Of a stretch of 64,000 nt of DNA, positions 12,008 through 24,200 are shown in pieces (position 1 is the stretch's first letter; the number at the start of each line of letters is the position of its first letter). The DNA lies in assembly GCA_905178155.1 (NCBI GenBank), contig CAJINV010000005.1, positions 3,469,902 through 3,533,901 of the forward strand, given 5' to 3'. The notes beneath the pieces are model-generated. The model searched no databases, had not been told where the DNA came from, and was given only the letters and a program-made list of their open reading frames with translations. The translations under genes and the position numbers were made by a program. The DNA is from Amoebophrya sp. A120. Lineage: Eukaryota > Protista > Dinoflagellata.

Positions 12008-15000
12008 CTACTTGTCGCCGGCCGTAGCCGCGAAATCAGTCGCGTGCTTCGCATACCAACTCGCCAGCACATCAGCCTCGATCCACTCCTTCGCGCCCCG
12101 GTTCTCAAAGAGATGCAACGTGCTGTCCGCCTCCGCAACTGACATGACGACAAACTTCAGCGGTTCGTCGGGTTCCAGTTCCTCACCGGCAACATCGGCA
12201 GAGCGAGGGATTTCTTGCGCCGAGTCCTCCTGCTCCAACGAGGACGTGGGACGTGCAGTTGCTGCAAGTCCTCCTCCAGTGCTGCGGGTCCCCGCTGTTC
12301 TGGGCCGCTCCTGCGTTGTAGTCCTACTGCTTTTGGCAACCAATCGCACCGCCGCACGGACGGCGTTCCTCACATGCTCCACGTCTTCATCTTCGACGGC
12401 CAATATGGCGCGAATGTTTAACCGGTCAGCCCACTTTTCGCAGCGCATCAGCATGTGCATCTCGGTTTGGAAAAGCCAGCGCCGCAACCCCGCCGAGGAC
12501 GTCCACGAAAACCTTTCGCGAAAGAGAAGGCTCTGATTTTGCGCCCAGGAGGACACGTCCACCACATCTGCCAGCACTAGCACTGGCATATGACCCGGAC
12601 CCAGGTCCTGACGCAGATTCGTGATGGCGCTCGTGGTAGCCTGACGCACCATGCCACCAAGCCGGCCCTTCCAGCCGTGCGCGACGCAGCCCGCGTTCTT
12701 TAGTGCGTATTCTTTTGCGACGTCCCACATGTGTACACTTTCGCCCTCCCCCGTGCACTCATGCCTCTTAAAGGAAAGCGGCGCCGCGGCAACAACGTTC
12801 TGGCGGGCGTCGGCAGTCTTGTTGTAGCCCTTCCCCGCCTCGTCCATCTGCGCACGCTCACCACCGGCAAAAGCAATCCCCTTTCGTTCCAGGAACAACG
12901 TGCCGGCCAGTTGCGCGTTGGTGAAGAGAATCGCAGAAACGACATGGTAAATGGCTGCCCCTGCAATCGCCCAAGGGCGTGGAAAAGTCAAGTCTTCACT
13001 TCTGGGCCTCAGCAGCTCAAGAGCTCGACTGGCAACCGTAGTCGGCGCGACCGTCTCGTTGGTATGTTCCTCAAGCAGATCCACAAACCACTGGAGGGCC
13101 GAAAAGCCCCAGAAACCAGAGTCCGCAGGAGGCGAAAGGCGGGAGCGCGCTTCCAGGGTTGATTGCGCCAAGGCGTAGTACTTCTCGTCCAGGTATGGTG
13201 GGTCAAACGCTTCCACAAATCTATACCACGGCCACCCGGTATCTTTCTTGCCAAGCGAGGACACTGGACTGCGCTTGATCAATTCCCAGTATTTCCGTGC
13301 CAGATTCCGGGCCTTCACTTCATCCACGACTGTGAGAAACTGTTCCCCCTTTGCGATCCTCTCCGGCATGGACGTTGCTTCCTGGACGTACCACTCGGAA
13401 GTAAAACTAGTGGACGCATTGTACATCGGGCGAGGAGACGAGGACCGAAGCTGAAGATCCCTGCCTCCACGCGCCGGCACTAGGTGACTCGCAGTATTAT
13501 CATCATCTCCACGAAGTGCATTCGCTGCGAAAACAGTTGCCACCCAGCTGAAAGGAGACCCGGAGAAGAATGCCTTCGGCGAGACGCACAGGACAGAGGT
13601 CCGCTGATGCCCCTTGATTTTTATTGTTTCAGATGATGAAGCTGCGTCTCTACTAGTATGATCTCCTCCTGCAGCTGCTGCCTCTTTCGCCGCCTGCAAG
13701 TCAGCACTGGACAAAGTCCCAACCTGGACGTCGTCGCTGCTCTGCTCTTGGAACTCACAGTTGTCCGCTTCCCCCTGCAGGACCTGTAAACTGATTTTCG
13801 CCGACCTGTTAAATTCGCGCGCGAGCTCTGCGTTGGCGATCCGAAGTTGCTCTGCAATAGGATTTATCAACTGCTGCAAATATCGTCGTGTCTGGGTCTG
13901 GAGAAATGCAAATACAGGACAAGTTGAAGTTCTTTTTCATGCCCGCGTCCAGAATTATTTAACGGCTGGGCCTGGGCCGCGACGCCCCTTCTGCTTGAAA
14001 AACCCGTAAAACGGTACTTACTAGCGGCACTAGCCACCTACTTAACAAACTCTAGCGGGGCGGAACACGTTTGGCAAACTCTCGGCGGAACGCAGGAGTT
14101 TGTCATGTTGAAAGGCTGAGGGCAGGGCAGGGCGCAGGAGTTTGTCATGCAGGTTTTGGACCCCCACCACATTAATGCATGGTGTGGAATTGTGCATGCG
14201 ACAGCGCTACAGGTTTGGCGCAGGAGGCCTCCTGATGCCTGTCCAACATGAGAAATACGCTATTTGCGTAGCAGTAAATGGACAACTTTTCTAGGCGCTC
14301 ACGCAACTACACAAGTTTTTGTGTATACAGAGGCTTTTCTTTTCTTTTTGTGTGGTTATCGTCACGCCCGATCCCCCCTGTACGAGGATGAGTCGGTAAG
14401 GCGCGACGGCCTTTATACAACTGCGACTGAGAGCTCGCCTCTTCTGCATCATAAGTTTGCGCCCACCTTCCAGACCGAGACAAACAATTTCCAATCCATA
14501 GGGTTTTTCCACCGGACGAAGTCGCAGATCTCGTTTTTGCACATGGATGCAAAGTCAGTAGTTGCCGCTTCACTCGTCGTCCGTTGTGAAGATCGTCGAC
14601 TTGTTGCTTTAGCGCCGGCCAACAAGAGAGGACCGCTTTCGACGTACGCCGCTGGCAGCGGCTGTTGATCCTGCTGCCCCTCGTCGCTGGACGACGCCAC
14701 TCCTGCGGCTTCATCGGAAAAGTACACGGACTGCGCGCTCGCGCGGAGATGATGGGGGTCAAGGTCATCCAGGTGTAGTTGCTGACCATCCAAGTTGTAG
14801 GCGCGTGGTCGTGTGGTCTCACCTTCCGCGGACTCCCGGTAGTTCTTCCTCGTGCTAGGCGGTTCGAGGAAAGCTACGCCATACTGGTCCACCCCGACAG
14901 CGACCTTTACGGGAGAACTTTGTGACGTTCTTGCAGCGTCGAGCGCAGGTGCTGGCGGTAGAGAACCGCTTTCGACGCTTTGCAGCAGCACTGGGCCAGA

Positions 15001-15231
15001 AACAGACACAGAATCGCTCTCCGTGCTCGAAGATGATGATGGTGAAGTGCTTGCTCGCGGCCTGAGCTTGTCATGCTTTTCTGCAGCCTCTGCTACTACA
15101 CAAAGACAACATGTCTCGAAGCCACCGTCTATCTCACGGTCCTGGAGACGAGTGGTCGTCGCAAAAATAAATGCGAGAAGTGGCGAGATGAACCACGGTC
15201 GGTGAAGGTGAGCAGAGGACAGCATTTTCAT
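12008..15231 (-). CDS. Hypothetical protein, ~876 aa, possible N-terminal signal or anchor, 2 exons
   Basis: The 260-aa and 623-aa ORFs join in phase 0 across a GT-AG intron at 13874-14466 (SVWK|QLINPIAEQL). Hydrophobic N-terminus WFISPLLAFIFA. No family recognised. Confidence 0.65.
13865..14330. mobile_element. Degenerate family-B introner remnant within a GT-AG intron
   Basis: TATCAACTG...GTGTCTGGGTCTGGA near 13865-13903; 14141-14330 aligns by eye to the interior of E6 (CCTGATGCCT..CATGA.AAAT...GTAGCA...TGGACA). Confidence 0.65.
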
Positions 15232-15912
15232 TTATTCACACAAGTCGGACTCTACTTCATCGCAGCGCAGTGGTGGCCCCGACAATCAACATTGAGCCAA
15301 AGAAAATGGCTACTAAGTATTTCATCTACATCTATTTTGGAGGTAAACTACTAGTACTTCGAGATATTAAAACAAGATGAATACTATCTAACTAGCTTCA
15401 CGCGTCTCGACGTCCCGCCGCCACCAGGAACTTTGTATATTGGTTTCGATACCCCGGCAGCGGGAGTTGTGTTCGAGTCTTCGCATAACAAGACCAGTCC
15501 GAGCACCACGAACAGCTTTCAGCCACGTCGACTTGTTCCCTTACTACACGACTATTCGTCATTCATCTCGGGTACGAATCTCTCCCGCGACAAGCGATCA
15601 TACGACCCACGACGCGTGCGCCTATAAGTACGATTCTTCTTCGGAAGCGTCAAGTGACGACCCCAAATCTTCGATGGTTCATGGACGACGACAATCAATA
15701 TTTATACGACGTGAGAAACTGAAACAGTAGCTATCCCGGGGGTCGGGGAATCTGCGATCGGAGTTGTGACATTGGAAATAAACCTGGTTTTTTTCTTCCG
15801 GACCAAAAGAAAAACACAACAAGGTGCATCTTGCGCAGAAGTAGAATGTTGCAAAAATAAAAGAGCCGCGTGTGTCTACAGCAGAGCTTTTGCTTTTCTA
15901 CGATGCGGACAA

Positions 15913-17357
15913 TTATGAGTTACTGGTACTAGTAGCGACCGGTAGCCCGCTCTTTTCATATTCCAGCCAACTTCCATCGAAAAGCGACACTGTCGGTTTT
16001 GCCTTCCCCTCATGCGCGCACACCACCTCCGCGGCCAAGGCAACAATACAGGCTGTCATGCCGGAGCCGCAGGTAACGACGAAGGGCTTCTCTACATCGA
16101 CATTCTTTGTGTTAAAAATTTTTTTCAATTCTCCCGGCGATTTCAATTTCGTTCGCTTTGTCGGTGCAGATGATATCATCTTCAGACCGTCCTTCGTAGA
16201 AGTTGTAGTTGCTTCCTCGTGGTCCCTCACGTCCAACAACTCCAGAAACGGCACATTTGTTGAATTCGGAATGTGTCCACTCCGCATTCCGGCCCTCGGC
16301 TCCGCCGCTTCTCCCGTGAACCGCCCAGCCGGACGGGCGTCCAGGATCGTCGTGGTATCTTGTAGAGAGGTTCTTTCCTGCTCGTCAGTAGTGCAGCTGG
16401 TGATTTCCTGAATATCCGCCAGGGATGCGACGGATTTGTTTTCCTTTTCGGCGTTCGTTTGTTCCGCAGATGAGGTTGTTCCTCCAACAGTTGTGTACTC
16501 CTCCACTGGTTTCGCGACTGTGGTTCCAGTTGTTCTGGCAGTTGTACCAGCTACACTCCCTTCAGCAACGTCACCCCCGGCCTCCACCCACTCCGGCAAG
16601 CCACCGTCCAACACAAAAGTGTTCCTATGCCCAAAGAACCGCAGCATGTACCAAGCCCGCGCCGCCGAAAACAAGCCGTGCCGGTCGTAACAGACGATCG
16701 AGTCTTCCGTGCTGATGTTCAAAGACCGCATGTAGTTTTCGAACACGTCTCTACTCGGCATCATGTGGGGTAGTTCGCTTTTCTCGTCCGCGCACTCGTC
16801 CAGGTCGAGAAAGGCGGAATTTGGTACTATTCGGTTGAAGTTTTGGTAAAGCGACTTCGCCGACTCGGCCGCGAACGGGCAAGCGAAGGGGGAGTTGGGC
16901 AAATACCACGTCGCATCGACGAAGACGAGCGTGGGGGTATCAAATGTAAAAATGTCTGGGTCTGGAAGATTGCCAGGTTTGTCATGCACATTTTGCATGA
17001 CTCCTGATGTCTGTGATGCATGCCCTAGCATCACAGATTTTGTGAGGGCTTCCTGATGCCTATACCGCATGACAAATGCTCTTTCCGTGTAGCAAAACTT
17101 GGACAGGACTCTCTTTGCTGCTCATGCAATACAGATTTTTTTAGGATCCAAAATCAGCATGACAAGTTGAATCCTTCCAGACCCAGACACTTTTACAGTT
17201 GATAGGGGGCATCGCGGGTTGATGTAGTTCCAGCAGGAGACGAGGCAGTCGCAGACGCGGCCATGGAAGCCGCTAACTTTTCCTTTGCCCATTGCACAGA
17301 CACTAACGGTGAGGACCCGGGTGGGGGAATGAGCGAGGACGTCATTTTTTTCATCAT
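15913..17357 (-). CDS. MPST: 3-mercaptopyruvate sulfurtransferase (tandem rhodanese), 390 aa
   Basis: PLVSVQWAKEKL...LVFVDATWYLP, LPHMMPS, SAARAWYMLRFFGH..VLDGGLPEW, ILDARPAGRFTG..AEPRAGMRSGHIP, active-site loop CGSGMTAC, LFDGSWLEY. One introner; exons 17357-17205 and 16932-15913. Confidence 0.95.
16938..17204. mobile_element. Introner E6 (TIR family B, diverged interior), 267 bp
   Basis: Direct repeat GGGGG at 16933-16937 and 17205-17209. Removal gives STRDAPTLVFVD. Confidence 0.93.
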
Positions 17358-18248
17358 CGTGATTCTTGGCCTGCGTAGATGAGCGAACTACGAGAAATGA
17401 AGTAAAAGTAAGCCGAGCACGAGCATGGTCATTGTTCACACTTGGGGCGGCGCGGGAGGATAGGTCTGACAAAACACTTGATAACGGATGGAACTACAGA
17501 AAGATTGTACAAATTGGTACCTACTGATCAGGATCGCATTCCCCATCTACATCTCAACAAGTTCATCATAATGCCAATCAGATCGAGGCTGCGTATGCAT
17601 ATCGTAATCGGCTTTGGGTTCGACGTGCTCGAGACGTTAAGACATTGATATCGAACTCGTTGTCTAGTCGAAGTCAATAAGTGTGAAGGCGCCAGCACCG
17701 GTGCTGCGCATTCTTGGCATTGTTCCTTCAGCTTGCTGGGGCTGGCGGTGGGCACCAACGTCAATATATCCTTGTTGATATTGGAATTTGGCTGTTTGCG
17801 TTGTAGAATCCTTGCATCTACGACCGCATTCATCGAGACATTTACTTTCCCGTCTCCGTTGCAATGATTCCATCGAGATTCATCTACTTCTTTCAAACAT
17901 CTAAGCTGCTCGTCACGCTGACGTAATTTGAAATTGTAATTGAATACCCTTTTGATGTCAAAATAAAACCTCCATGTCCATACTGTAACTATCGTACGTC
18001 TAATAGTCCACTACCACTATCCAACATCATTCTTCGCAGTTCTGTAAAAGAAGTTGATACTTTAAGTGTACTTTTTGAGGGACCTTATCAAGAAAAAAAC
18101 CGATCCATCCGTCCCAGGTAAAAAGATTTGCTGATTCATTTGTGATTTATGATTTCTGTTGCTTAAATTTCAAAGGAAACACCCTGACCTGATAATGATA
18201 AAATTTTGGTGAATACTAAATACCCCAGTTGCCGTGCATCCCGCCTAC

Positions 18249-21200
18249 TCAGAACAGCTTCAGCCCTTTCTGCGTCTGCTTCCGAAACACGCTCTGCGCC
18301 AAGCCACCACGCACAGTAGATCTAGCACCGCCAGCTGAAGAACTGTTCAAACTACCTTGTTGCGCCCCCACGGCAGCTGCTGCTCTTTGCTCTTGCTTCC
18401 ACGCCTCGCTAGTGAGAATCCGACTCCTTCCCGGCATCAGGTGATCCTCGCTCCTTTCCGGAAGTTGAAATTGCACTGAACTTTGCTGTTTTTGCTTGTG
18501 TTGCTGGGTGGTCTGTGAAATAGTTGTTTTTGGATGAAACATGGACGCATTGCTGACATTGCTCCTGCTTCTCGGGGTAGATTGGGAGGAAATGTTGCTT
18601 TTGTTCACTGTAGCGGCTACACTGCTGCTGATTTTAGTATTGTTTGCATCCGCACGGCCCTGCGGTCGTCGCGCAAAATTTATATCTTGTCGGGCGGTCG
18701 TGTAGCCCCCAACGAGCGGCGCGACCACTGTCGTGTGCGAGGAAGAGGACGGTGGCTCCTGGTGTCCACCAGGCCTGTTGTAGAAATGATCTGGAAGGAT
18801 TCTCGATCGGTTCACCGACAATACGCTTGTGGACACCTCGTCCACTTCCTGCAACGCGGAATTTTCGGCACGGTGAGAAGAGGTGGAGATGTCGTGACTT
18901 CTCTGCTCCTCAATCGTGTGGTCCGTGCGTTGCATTTCGGCTTTTTCTACTTGTGCAGTTGCTTGCTTTACCACGGTGGCTTCGCGTCGCTTCTGGAAGA
19001 ATTTCGCAAATTGGCTGGCAACCGCTTCTTGCTCGTGGTCCTGACTTGCGATTATTTCGGATGACGTTGCAGGAGCTGGCTTTTGGCGAGTGGTTGTCTG
19101 CGAATCTTCGACTTTGATGTTCGCGTTAGAATTATTGTGCGGGTGAATTTCTCTTGCTGGTGCTTTCAAATGCTCAGGATGTTGCACGGAGACAGCGCCT
19201 GCTTCGCGAGCGACTTTGTTGTAACTTTTATTCACTGTTTCTTCTGCAGGATGAATACCCGTCTGTGCAACATTCGTTGCAGTACTACTCTCTTTGGCCC
19301 GATCCGCCACCCCGCCCGCCCGCTCCCGATTTGCCACACTTTGCAACAGCCTGGAAGACGAAGTTAGTTCTTGTCGCGTTTTGGGACTGGCAGATCTGCT
19401 CGTTTTGTTCATTTCCGTCGTTCTTGCAGTCCCCCCGCTCTGCGACCGCGAGGGAAGTAGTGGTGCAGCTTCTTCATGCAAAACAGCCGCACGGTGTTCT
19501 TCTCTTGGCGCGGGTTGAAACACTGTTGCCGCACTGGTGTTCGTCGTGCGCCACGTTGCGGGCGAACCGCGCGAGTGCGTTATCGGGGAGATCGCGGATC
19601 TTTCCCCAACTGCGATTGCTGCTTCTACTTGCGCCGAATGGTCATCTTCTCGACCCTCGTTATACCGCTCTTCTTGCGTAACTTCGCCTCCGTGTCGTCG
19701 ACTCGTTACCTCGTGGTCGGTTACTTTACGTGCGCGCTGCGAATTGGACCTGGACCTGGACTTGCGTTCACGTTCGTCGGAGTGCCGATCCTGATGCTCT
19801 TCATGTGTTCTTCCCACTCCAGCCCCCGCGGCGCCATCACGAGACCTGCGCTGAAGCACTCCAGCCGCTTCGAGTTTTCGCCGCTGATTCTCCAAGTAAT
19901 CGAGGTAATCCTGCTCGTCCATCTGCTCCTGATTTTCTTTCTGGGCTGTATCGGCGTGAAGATCATGTTGGTGATCATCGTTTTCATCATCATCGTCTTC
20001 GTCTGCCCCCTTCGCACTATCAAACAAAGATGTCAAAGAGAGCGACAAACTTGCGTCACCATTCAAATTGTGACCCGCAGGAACAGTTCCTGAAGCCTGC
20101 TCCTTCCGACTGCGCGAGCTTCTTTCCCCGCCCTGCAGATGAGCATTCTTATCGTCCACAGGTCCACCACCGCCCGTCGAGACAGCAAGCGACATTTTTT
20201 CTATCTCAATGCTCGAGAGCGGCCCCACATCGTGAAAGAGGTTGTCATGATGCTCGAGATCACCTGCAGAACCGTTTTCCTCTTTCCGGAAGATGCTTTC
20301 CTTGAGCCGGTTGGTGATTTGAATCAGCTGCTCTGCTTCCAGCGAGTCGATGTAGCTTTCCTTCTTTGCTCCGATGGCGGAAGATGGAGACGTTCGTCCG
20401 GACAAGGTTCTTTTCTTCGGGGAAAAGGGTCCGGTGTCTCGCGGACCCTGCTGTCGGAGGTGCTTTTTTTTCATTGCTGGATGTTGAACACGTGGCTCTT
20501 CTGGTTTTCCATCATTGTGGTTCGTGAAGATCCTGGGGCTAATTATGTCGTCGACGACAGCATCAGCATTTCTCATTGCCGCAAGGTCGTCCTCGTGTGA
20601 GTGCAACTGCTCTACTTGTCGTGCATTGACGTTCTCGTCATCACTGCGTTGTTGAGCTTGTTTCTCTACTTCTCGACGGCCGACCACATCATGAAGATCC
20701 TGCTCATCTCCGTAGTCAGCACTCACAACACCACCAGGACTTCTGTGCGCACTGGAGATACTTTTCTGCGTACTTACCGGCAGCAACGGCCGCGTATGGT
20801 ACTCCGCGACAGAAAACTTTTTGTTTCTCCCACTCCCCCCACCTGAGAACACGCCACCGCCCAACCCCCGATTCGCTTGCAACCCGAGAGCATAAGCCGC
20901 TCGCGCGACGTCCGCGCCGCGCTTCGTGTCCCTCCCCTGGGCTTCGAAGGAGGCACGAAGGATTCCGAAGTTCGCGGACAGCGTTTCCTGCAGTTTTTTC
21001 TTGTTGCTACTAGGGGGCGGCGACCTGGACGCCTGGCGGAGAATGGCCTTCATCGAGGAGGGAGAATCGTCTGGAGCGGGCAAGGGGTTCACGATGAGTC
21101 CGGCGTGTCGTGGGGTTGTTGTGTTGGTAGCAGAAGAACTACTTGTCTTACTAGTGTTCTTTGAAGAGGTCGCTGCGCCAATAGTACTGTTCTGAGTGTA

Positions 21201-24200
21201 GTGTTGGGAATTATGCTGCTTTTGCCGGTTCGCTGTTGCCACGTAGAGTTGCGAAAGTGCGGCGTTCCGGGGTGTTGTCGTTTTTGTTGACAATTTCGGC
21301 GAGGAAGAGGGATGTTGTTGCGCAGATGACACAGAAGTCGTGGGATGATCATGAACAGCTGCATTTGAGGATGCCTGCCTGCTAGACGAAGACAAATTGG
21401 AATTGCTTGCCTCAATTTTTGACACGCGGTCAGTGCCAACATGCTCCGCCGTCTTTCCTTCTGCTGGTTCGGTTTCCGGTCGCGGCGTCAACACTTTTCC
21501 GAGTAAAGGACTTCTGCGGTTTGAGGTTGTGCCAGCTCGGGTGCTGAGGCCTCTAGCAGGCGTGTTTGTGCTTGAGGACGCAGTAGAGGAGCCCAGTGGC
21601 ACGACGCCCTGCTGCACAGAGCGACCTTGCTGGTACGCTCCTGCATTCGATTGCGGCTCGTGGTCTACTTCGGCGTGTGAAGTAGTAGCCTCACTTTTGT
21701 TTGTTCCAGCAGTTGCAGGTGTTGGTGTTGCTTTGCCCCCCGGATGAAGATAGTTGTGCTCGTAGTACCCGCCATCGAGAGCACTGTCACCTCCCACTTC
21801 CCGCGCCAACAGCAAATTCTGGACCAGACTCTGCTGCGATGGCAGCCTGTTATGCGCCGTGTTTTGACTGTTCTGACTATTGTTCCCCATCGCATTTAGA
21901 TGCCTTTGCGCTCCCGCGGCCAGGATGTTGTGGTAGGATCGGATAGCAGCCGCTCCTCCCGAGGAACTGGAGAGACTTGCCGTCGGTCCCTGACTCATCT
22001 CCGACCCACTGGCCGTCTGGTACAGCTCCTTACTGACCCCGCGCGGCGTGTAGCGGCCGGCGGAGCGGCTTCGACTCGCAGTTGCTGACTGAGAAGTTTG
22101 GAGATTTTTACTTGGCAATCGATTTGGAGTTTTGGCCCCCGCCGCAGCGGAAGGGGCTGGTTCCTGCGTTGTTAGGATGCGACCCCTCGTTCTGGCACTG
22201 GTCTTCGTGGCGGAGGAACTGCTTGTGCGGTGGTAGGAGGTTGCGGATAAGCTTGTTGTGTTGTTCATACTTCGAGAATTGGACGAATTGATCGCATGAT
22301 CTTGTTCAACAACTACTTCTGTGTGCTTCATCGTAGTTCCCTCACAGCCGCCACTGCCTTCGCTGTCCTCAGCCTCGCTGGCAAGAGGAACCACTTGCAC
22401 TAGCGAAACCGGTGCCGGCGTGTGCGGATTGTTGTGCTGCGTAGTTGTACCGCGCAGCTGATTGATTGCCGCTTCCTGCGCTTCTCGCGACGGCGCAACG
22501 TTGCCACTACCTGTGCTGGAAAAGCCGGTAGCTTCCGGTCGTGGTACCACGAAAGACGTCGAAGAAACCGCTGCTGCGCCAGCTGTAGTCCCTGCCGCCC
22601 GCAGCGGCATCACATCCACCGCTGTGTTTTTGTCCCCGCTCGCACTGGTTCGACTCAAACTGCGCATCAGAGCCACGACGTTGCTTCCTCCTCTGCCCTG
22701 ACTTTGGTCTCTCTCCCGCTTGCGCTGTTCCTCCCGCATGCGGCTCGTCCGCGTGGATCGGTAGCCGCGAGGCGTGGAGGTTCTCTCCCTGGAACGGGCT
22801 CGAGTGGTTGCTGCTTTTAGCTCGGAAAACGACGTGTCCTCTGGTTTCGCGCCGACAGATCGCCGAGAATTTTGCTTTTTGCCACTGTACTGCTCGTGAT
22901 GTTGTTGTCCTGAGTAGGAGTCTAGTGGAAAATTGCTCGTGCTGAATGTGGTTTCTTTCGGGACGATCGTATGCGAATCTGGTCCCGCGGCTCCCGACCT
23001 GGAGTGTTGATACGACGAGGACGACGAGGATGCTCCTGCGGCTCCAGCACTTTTCCTCCCCATAGAGGGTGCCCGTCTTGGACTCGGGCTTGGACTGCCT
23101 CGATTTAATGTCACAGCCAGAGCCAACTCATCTGCTCGCCCATGATCTGGTGGTGCATTTATTTGAGACGTCTCGTCCCTTTTCTCCTGCGGATGAACCA
23201 CGAGCAGCTGCGACACAAATTCGTCTGCGACAAGCACTTGCTCGACTCTCTGCCGATCATCCTGGGCGAGAACCCCAGCTGATGGCTGCACCACCTCGCT
23301 TTGATACGGCACAACTTCCGCCAGCTCTAACAGCGCCTCCGGGCCGCCGCGATGATCGTGTGGTTGGTCCACGTGCTGCTCTGCCAGGTCACCACCCTCA
23401 TCTCCATGTCCATCCAAAGGCGATGACTTCTTCTTTCCGGCGGAATTGCTGCTTTTCGAGGTGGAGCCGCTTGCCCTACTGCCGCCGAGTACCGCCGCTA
23501 AGTTTTTGTGAATGTCCTCACTGGTCACATTCACCCGCTTCAGCATCTTCCCGTTGGTCGAAGCCGTTTGGTAAACTCCCAATCCCAACCTCGAAGGCGC
23601 GCTGGCGAAAGAGAGTGAGTTGACACTGTGCAGCAGCAGGTCTACTTTGGGCGAGGATTTTCGAGAAGTAGAGTGTTCGCGGAAATGCTTGTCCTGCAGG
23701 AGACTTTGGCGAGTAATGAGTTGCTCCTCTTGTTCTTGTTCAGCAGCTGCGAAGGCAGGCCGTATGGACTCGCTTTCAGAAGGCTTGTCCTCGATGTTCA
23801 ACGGCTCGTCCTGAAGAGTTTGATTTGTAAGGCCGGTACTGGAAGCAACAGGAACAGCATGGACAACATTCCCCGCCCCGACCGTCGAGCTCGAAGACTT
23901 CGACGAACTGCGCATCACGTTGTCAAGCACCTCTTCGTAAATGCTGCGGTCCAGGACCTGCCTTGATCCAGATAAAGAGTTCAGCATCTCGTGATCTTTT
24001 TCTTGTTTGTAGTCATGCTCGCAGTTTACTAGAAACGCGCCCTGTTCGCTAGTACAACTTCCGATGTTTTCTTTACTTTGCCGTCTGCTCGCGCTGCGAA
24101 AGCCGCCTGTGGAAAGGCTGACATTCTCCATGGACTGCGACATCATTCTTCCCGGAGATTTGTCGCGGTGCTCTTGCTGGTCATGAAGATGACGCAAAGC

